Shown here one piece after another: positions 35,027 to 40,766 of a stretch of 40,766 nt of DNA. Below the pieces are notes generated by a model, which worked only from the letters and a program-made list of their open reading frames with translations, made no database searches and was not told the DNA's origin. This DNA is from Chlamydiota bacterium (GTDB lineage: Bacteria > Chlamydiota > Chlamydiia > Chlamydiales > SM23-39), in assembly GCA_048498835.1 (NCBI GenBank), contig JBEHXF010000015.1:1-40766 (forward strand), written 5' to 3'. The position numbers were made by a program, and so were the translations under genes. Positions within the stretch are counted from its first letter, which is position 1. Every line of letters begins with the position of its first letter.

Positions 35027-37437
35027 AAACAGGAGGAGAACTCGAAGAGCCCTTCTTGAGAGAGATAGCCCGAACCTACGAGAAGATCGTAGCCGAGGTA
35101 AAAGGTGGCATGAGTGAAGGGGACACGGAAGGAGAGGCCGCCGACAAAGAGATTGCGAGTGGGATTCATCTCGGTTGTGGAAAAGGGTGTATCTCCGTCA
35201 GCAAAGGTGGCTTTGTAATTACCGTTTGAGAGCGGGGTTTGGTTGGCGTAGGCGACTTTTAGCTGCGGCTCGAAGTGTTGGTAACAGGTGGAAAAATAGA
35301 GGCCGATTTCAGTGTCGATGAATTGCGCGGCTTTTGAGTCGATGTGGAGATCGAGCGCCTCGGCTCCCGATTCGGTATAGCTGGGCTGGTAGGAGAGGAT
35401 GTAATCGACATGCGCGTAGGGAGTGATGGCGAGAATTCTTTTGTGAAAGGGGGGCGAAGCGAGGGTGAGGCCGCAGAGAAAACTGTAGCCGTTGTCGGAG
35501 CTTCGGGCATTTCGGGTAAGAGTGTCAATTTCGATGGAGCGCTTCGACCGTATTTGGTTGTAGCTCGCGAGAATAGAAAGTTCGGCGAAGAGTGGTGTGT
35601 AGAGCGCACCGTAGAGGCCACCTGTGATGTTGTTCAGCCAACTTTGACTGGATGAATTTTTCGCATCGATGAGGCTGTAGGTGTAATCGAGGAGGGCTCC
35701 GAGGAGAAGAGAATTTCCGACTTTTCCATCGAATCCGAGCTGGGCGCCGAGGGAATCAGAAGAGTATTCCTCTTGCTGCTCTTCTGCTCTTCCACTGATT
35801 TGTAACCAGAGGCAATGAGGTTGTGGAGAAGTGCAGGGTTTTCTTAGATGACTGCGTAAATCACTATCGAGTTGACGGATGGTCGATGCTTGTACGTAGG
35901 CGATGGATGCTGAGAGCGAGGGAGAGAGCTGATTGAAGTTTGGATCTGCGAGAAGCGCTTCTGAAACAAGAGCGGTGTCGGAGAGTGGAAAAACCGGAAG
36001 TGTAGCGAAACTGGTCGCAGCGCTGAGGGCATTCCCAGAGAGATTCGTGGCGAGGAGTCTCACTTCGACGGTTGTGGGATTGTAGAGTACTTGGTAAAGC
36101 TTGGAAGAATCGGTATTTTCTAGACGAGAAAAGGTGCCGATGACTTGTGATGCTTGGATGATTGTCGATTGTGTGCCAGCTGTGTAAGTGCCAGGTTCGG
36201 GTAGGATTTGTATCGTTCCATTGAGGATGGCATTTCCAGATGAGACGATCAAATCTGCGTCGCCTAGTCCATTCACTTCTTCTTCAAGAATGCCGTCTGG
36301 AGATTGCTCATAGATGGTCACATTTGAAGTGCCGATCGAATTACCAGGAGCAAAAATACCGTTGTTTAAAATTGCACGAAGGGTCCCTGAACCAGAGAGT
36401 TTTCCGCTCGGAGAAATGAAAATCGGTCCATGGTAGCTACCGTTGTAAACGATTTCTCCTTTAGCCACGGTGAGTGGTCCTGTCGCTGTCGATGCGCCGG
36501 AGAGTGTTAAAGATCCTGTGCCTTCTTTGACGATCGGTCCATCGCCGGTGATTTTTCCGTGGTAGTGGCACGAATTTGCACTTGAAAAGATGAGGGTTTT
36601 GGAACCCAGATGGACGGTAGCATTGGGTGTGCTTTCGATGGTGTGAGCAATCGCGTAGGATCCTCCATATTCCGATAGATCGAACATGGTTCCTTCGTTT
36701 AAAGTCAGTCTACTTTCTGGATGAAGGGATCCGATTCCTGCAAGGGAAAGAGTTCCTTCTGCGAGAGTGGTGCTTCCGGTATAAGCGTGCGGAGCTGTCA
36801 GGCGCAAAGTAGAGGTTCCGGATTTTACGAGTCCCCCTTCTCCACTGATCACTCCATCGTATACGCATCCTTCGTCATTGACCAGGATGAGGGTTTTATT
36901 TCCGAGAAGGACGGTTGAGTCGGGGCTTCCGGTTAAAAGGGCTAAGATCGGCGTTTCTTTTTCACTGAGATTAAGCTGACAACTTCGATCGAGTTCGACC
37001 ACGAGATAGTCGGAGCTGCCATTGAGAAGGTGGAGAGATCCTTCTTCCACATGAAAACTCGCATCGCTATAGCTGCCAATTTGTAGCGATCCTTGCCCTT
37101 TTTTTCGGCACAGCTCCCCCTCAATCGAAGAGAGGATGGTGATGTCGTATTGATCCGTATGAAGATAGCTCGAGGGATTGGGAATGGAGATGGCATTTTC
37201 AATAGAAAGGGTATTCGCAAATTGGAGAGCACCTCCATCGAGGACGATTTTTACTCGTGGATCTCCGATCATACCACTGGAAGTAAAGCATACGTTTTGC
37301 GTACTTGATGCTACGTATTCAATTGAATCTGTTGGACTTGCATGATTTAGTGCATAGGTGAGAGTACCGGGGATATCCTCGGCGGAATTCGAGGTGATAG
37401 AAAATACGGTACCGAGGAGAAAGAGTCCATGCCACAT
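35023..37437 (-). CDS. Autotransporter with passenger-associated beta-strand repeats
   Basis: GGLVKSGTSTLRLTAPHAYTGSTTLAEGTL and GPIVKEGTGSLTLSG repeats, APGNSIGT, C-terminal barrel (YTESGA, terminal Phe). Confidence 0.92.
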   Translation of the reverse strand: MWHGLFLLGTVFSITSNSAEDIPGTLTYALNHASPTDSIEYVASSTQNVCFTSSGMIGDPRVKIVLDGGALQFANTLSIENAISIPNPSSYLHTDQYDITILSSIEGELCRKKGQGSLQIGSYSDASFHVEEGSLHLLNGSSDYLVVELDRSCQLNLSEKETPILALLTGSPDSTVLLGNKTLILVNDEGCVYDGVISGEGGLVKSGTSTLRLTAPHAYTGSTTLAEGTLSLAGIGSLHPESRLTLNEGTMFDLSEYGGSYAIAHTIESTPNATVHLGSKTLIFSSANSCHYHGKITGDGPIVKEGTGSLTLSGASTATGPLTVAKGEIVYNGSYHGPIFISPSGKLSGSGTLRAILNNGIFAPGNSIGTSNVTIYEQSPDGILEEEVNGLGDADLIVSSGNAILNGTIQILPEPGTYTAGTQSTIIQASQVIGTFSRLENTDSSKLYQVLYNPTTVEVRLLATNLSGNALSAATSFATLPVFPLSDTALVSEALLADPNFNQLSPSLSASIAYVQASTIRQLDSDLRSHLRKPCTSPQPHCLWLQISGRAEEQQEEYSSDSLGAQLGFDGKVGNSLLLGALLDYTYSLIDAKNSSSQSWLNNITGGLYGALYTPLFAELSILASYNQIRSKRSIEIDTLTRNARSSDNGYSFLCGLTLASPPFHKRILAITPYAHVDYILSYQPSYTESGAEALDLHIDSKAAQFIDTEIGLYFSTCYQHFEPQLKVAYANQTPLSNGNYKATFADGDTPFSTTEMNPTRNLFVGGLSFRVPFTHATFYLGYDLLVGSGYLSQEGLFEFSSCF

Positions 37438-37534
37438 CAATTTCGGATTGTATGAGCGAATGCGATTTCTGAAAATATTTTTCTATAACGAGAATTCATG
37501 ACAAAAATTAAATGGGGTTTGCTATAGAAAAACT

Positions 37535-40500
37535 GTGAGACATTTTTATCTATTTTTGCTCTCTTCTTCTCTCTTTGCTCTCCCCGAAGGGTCTCACGTG
37601 CAGCAAGGGGACATGCAAATCTTTCACAGAGAAAATGGCTTACAGATTGAAGTTGGCGATCGGACGGCGGTCGATTGGAACAGTTTTTCCATCGCCAAGG
37701 GGGAAAGCGTCCGCATCCAAATGCCCTCTTCTTCTTCTCGGATGCTCAATCGAGTGGTTGGTGCTGATATCAGTCGCATTCACGGGCGCCTCCAGTCCAA
37801 TGGCCAGGTTTGGCTCTTCAATCCCAATGGGATATTCATTGGCAAAGAGGCGATCATCGATACGAATTCTTTCTTGGGGGCAGCTTTTGATTTGCTCGGC
37901 GCGAAAGAGCCGGGATCGATTGAGTGCTTCGGTAAGATTTTAGCGAAAGATGGCGATGTCCATCTCGTAGCCCGAAAAATTGAAATGCATGGGGAAATCG
38001 AAGCGGCAAATGTCGAAATGGGGACAGAGCTTTTCTTCATGCGGGAAGGGCTGAATGAATTCCGAATCGCTTGCAATCCTGAGGTGACTGAGTCCAACCC
38101 TTATGCGCATGCAATCCGCATCGACGGGGTAATCAAAGCGGGCAAAGAGGTTCATCTCGAATCGAAACACTCTTTGGAATTGGCTGGCTCGATCGAAGGT
38201 CGCAACCTGGAAGGAACGCTGTTTGCTGATGAGATTTTGTTGAAAAAGGGCTCGTTGATTGATGCGCCCGAATCTCACTTTTTAATCGGTGGAAGCCGAG
38301 GCGGTAAAGATGACTCAATTCCTCACGCTTCTTACACTTGGATGCAGCCGGGTGCTCAGATTGACGTTTCTGGCTTCGATGGGAAAGATGCAGGTTCCGT
38401 GATTTTGTGGGGAACAAAAGGGGTCTTCTTCGAAGGGGCGATCAAAGGGACGAGCGATGGTATTGGCGGATTTGTCGAGGTTTCGGGAAAAGAGGGAGTT
38501 TTGTGCCCAGGCTACGCCGATCTTCGCGGAGGCAAACAATTCGGGACTTTTCTGATCGATCCGATCAACGTCACGATTTCTACAAGCCCCATGACAGCGG
38601 GCGTCGATTTGACAACGACTCCCGTCACCTGGCCCTCTGCTTCAACGGCTATTATTAATAATACCAGCCTACAAACTCAGCTGGAGGCAGCTAGCGTTTT
38701 CATTGATGCGACATCAGGATCTGGAGGAACTGGAACGATTACTTGGAGCACAGGGGCCGATGTTAGTTGGGGTGCGAATACGAGTTTGAAAATGCAAGGC
38801 ACCACGATTAGCCTTGGCTCATCCATTACAACAACATCGACGGCAACAACTCCTATTTCAGTGATGGGAACAGGAGCCATTTCTTTCAGTAATTCACTCG
38901 CTATAACCATCTCTGCAACGGGTCAAGCGGGTCAAAACGCCGTCAGTATCGTGACAGATGGAACATTGACGGGTGCTTACATCGGATTTACGCTTGCGAC
39001 CAACGTAACGATTGGGGCTAGCACCATGCTCGGGAATATCTATATCGAGGCAAAAGCCGGCCCAACTGGATCGCTGGGAGTCAGTATTCCTTCCGGCACG
39101 ATTCTAGCAGCTTCGGGAACCACAGCCACGATTGTTGCGACAGGCGCCACAGCGAATCTTGGAAGCGTCGGAATGACGATGTCTGGCGGAGCGATTACCT
39201 TAAACTCCAATGCAACCGGGATCATTCGCGCTCAAGGGGGCATCAGTCTCAATAGCAATGGCAATAGTTACGGTTTTAATAAATCGGGCGGCACGATTAC
39301 CTTCAACACAAATAGCACGTTGATTTTTGATCAATGCAGAGGAGGTGGCAAGGGAGCTAATGGAGGGAACAATAATGTTGCTATTCGCTTTGGTGGCAGC
39401 GGGATTAACACGTCAGTTTCAGGGGCAGCTATTTATTTCAATGAAGTCTGGGGAGGGGGAACCGGAAATTCCCAACGGAATTATGGCCTTTGGATTCAAG
39501 ATAACGCAAACTTATCTGCACCCATAATTGCTCTTTATCCCGGAGGCAGCCTCGGGCCTGCAAGCGGTCCTATACGGGGGGGAAATCCTGGCACCGTATC
39601 CAATCCGACAGGATCAGATAATCACGGCATCCACCTTTCAGGAAACTCGTTTACAACCCCTCTCTTAGGATCAACAAGCAATCCGAATGTAATTACCTTA
39701 GAAGGGGCGGCAGGCGTTGGAGCAACAAACTCGATCGGCATAAATATTGCAGGGCCGGGCCAAGTTCAAACTGCGGGTAGCGGCACAATTTCTCTAACTG
39801 GTACCGGCGGAGGCGGAGCTTCTTCAGTCAATAACTGCGGCATTGTCATCACCGATACTGTTTCATCCAGAAGTGGGGCTGTGATTGCAGTCAATGGCAA
39901 CATCACCCTGACAGGAACTCCCGGTACTGGGGCGACCGATACGATCCGCGTCGCCAATACAGGAATTCTCCAAAGAACTGGAACAGGGACTTTGTCGCTA
40001 ACAGCAACAAGCGGAAATATCGCGATTGGGGCAGCTACCATCTCAGGGGGCAACGGAGCGGTTGCGTTTCAATCTCCTGTTGTTTTAATCGCGGCGTCCA
40101 CCTCGCTCTCTTCTGCAGGTTCGATGACGTTCTCCAGTACTTTAAATGGTGCTTTTGCCTGTACGATCAGTGGGGGCGGAGCCATGGCTATGAATGGCGT
40201 AGTGGGTGGCACGACCCCTTTGGCCTCTTTTACAGTGAGCAGCAGCTCCACTTTCAGCAATAGCGGGAATGTAACGGCGACGGGGGCAATTGCCATCACT
40301 TCATCAGCACTCTCTATTGGTTCTACTTGGAACGGCAGCGCGATCACCTATACTGGACCGGTCACTCTCACTGGAACAACTAGCGCCACAGCTTCGAGTG
40401 GTTCGATCCAATTCACCAGTACCATTAACGGAGCTCAGAGTTTAACTCTTTCCGCAGCGAGCGGCGGTGTTTCTTTAGGCGGTGTTGTCGGCGGTTCGGT

Positions 40501-40766
40501 TAATTTAAGCAGTCTGACTGTTTCCAGCAGCAATACCTTTAGCAATAATGGCAATATCACGACTACAAATGCGATCGGTATCACCTCGTCAGCCCTTACG
40601 ATTAATTCAACTTGGAGCGGATCGGCGATCACTTATACGGGTCCCGTGACTTTAAATGGAACAACAATTGCCACCGCCACAAGTGGCTCACTCCAATTTA
40701 CGGGGACGATTAATGGTGCTCAAGGATTAACTCTCTCCGCAGCGAGCGGCGGCGTTTCTTTAGGCG
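37535..40766 (+). CDS. Large filamentous-haemagglutinin-type (TpsA-like) exoprotein, 3' end outside window
   Basis: GTG 37535: MRHFYLFLLSSSLFALPEG...VDWNSFSI...LNRVVG...NGQVWLFNPNGIFIG; later GGFVEVSG, GTFLIDP and G/S/T-rich strands; same frame at spot checks through to the end. Confidence 0.92.
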   Translation, partial: MRHFYLFLLSSSLFALPEGSHVQQGDMQIFHRENGLQIEVGDRTAVDWNSFSIAKGESVRIQMPSSSSRMLNRVVGADISRIHGRLQSNGQVWLFNPNGIFIGKEAIIDTNSFLGAAFDLLGAKEPGSIECFGKILAKDGDVHLVARKIEMHGEIEAANVEMGTELFFMREGLNEFRIACNPEVTESNPYAHAIRIDGVIKAGKEVHLESKHSLELAGSIEGRNLEGTLFADEILLKKGSLIDAPESHFLIGGSRGGKDDSIPHASYTWMQPGAQIDVSGFDGKDAGSVILWGTKGVFFEGAIKGTSDGIGGFVEVSGKEGVLCPGYADLRGGKQFGTFLIDPINVTISTSPMTAGVDLTTTPVTWPSASTAIINNTSLQTQLEAASVFIDATSGSGGTGTITWSTGADVSWGANTSLKMQGTTISLGSSITTTSTATTPISVMGTGAISFSNSLAITISATGQAGQNAVSIVTDGTLTGAYIGFTLATNVTIGASTMLGNIYIEAKAGPTGSLGVSIPSGTILAASGTTATIVATGATANLGSVGMTMSGGAITLNSNATGIIRAQGGISLNSNGNSYGFNKSGGTITFNTNSTLIFDQCRGGGKGANGGNNNVAIRFGGSGINTSVSGAAIYFNEVWGGGTGNSQRNYGLWIQDNANLSAPIIALYPGGSLGPASGPIRGGNPGTVSNPTGSDNHGIHLSGNSFTTPLLGSTSNPNVITLEGAAGVGATNSIGINIAGPGQVQTAGSGTISLTGTGGGGASSVNNCGIVITDTVSSRSGAVIAVNGNITLTGTPGTGATDTIRVANTGILQRTGTGTLSLTATSGNIAIGAATISGGNGAVAFQSPVVLIAASTSLSSAGSMTFSSTLNGAFACTISGGGAMAMNGVVGGTTPLASFTVSSSSTFSNSGNVTATGAIAITSSALSIGSTWNGSAITYTGPVTLTGTTSATASSGSIQFTSTINGAQSLTLSAASGGVSLGGVVGGSVNLSSLTVSSSNTFSNNGNITTTNAIGITSSALTINSTWSGSAITYTGPVTLNGTTIATATSGSLQFTGTINGAQGLTLSAASGGVSLG
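40170..40766 (+). repeat. 285-bp (95-aa) internal repeat in the TpsA-like gene; left boundary approximate
   Basis: ccgcagcgagcggcgg at 40452 and 40737; repeated ITSSAL...STW...ITYTGPVTL. Confidence 0.85.

Noticed and set aside
37575..40632. Numerous short ORFs on both strands
   Set aside because: Shadows of the single long TpsA-like frame that the ORF track omitted because it has no stop in the window

Overview
A 40.8 kb bacterial chromosomal segment, most likely from an environmental member of Chlamydiota. That assignment is inference from Inc-like bilobed membrane proteins, a small Cys-rich exported protein, a SET-domain remnant and the autotransporter style; no search was run. From left to right: the sufB-sufC-(small ORF)-sufD operon running off the left edge; orphan genes; rfbC-rfbD-rfbB without rfbA; an EEP-family hydrolase; a hairpin-rich intergenic region; pgeF; a DMT transporter; speD; and an ABC-2 exporter. 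An accessory zone of about 16 kb (13.1-29.1 kb) follows. It holds decayed toxin-antitoxin modules, a co-oriented sulfation/glycosylation cluster whose enzymes carry signal-peptide-like N-termini, two tandem MORN-repeat/protease-like paralogues and a DUF3800 gene with a downstream structured element, and it ends at tRNA-Thr(CGT) with 98-bp tRNA-derived tandem repeats. The right part has a Bcs1-like cytidylyltransferase/SDR fusion, membrane and outer-membrane proteins, an autotransporter and a large filamentous-haemagglutinin-type gene running off the right edge. Best novelty candidates: (1) tRNA 3'-part repeats that appear to have served as extra integration sites for TA cassettes; (2) an apparently exported PAPS-synthesis/sulfotransferase/glycosyltransferase module; (3) MORN-CE-clan protease-like effectors; (4) a leaderless Phe/Trp-rich uORF; (5) a four-hairpin intergenic array. 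All calls were made by eye from motifs.
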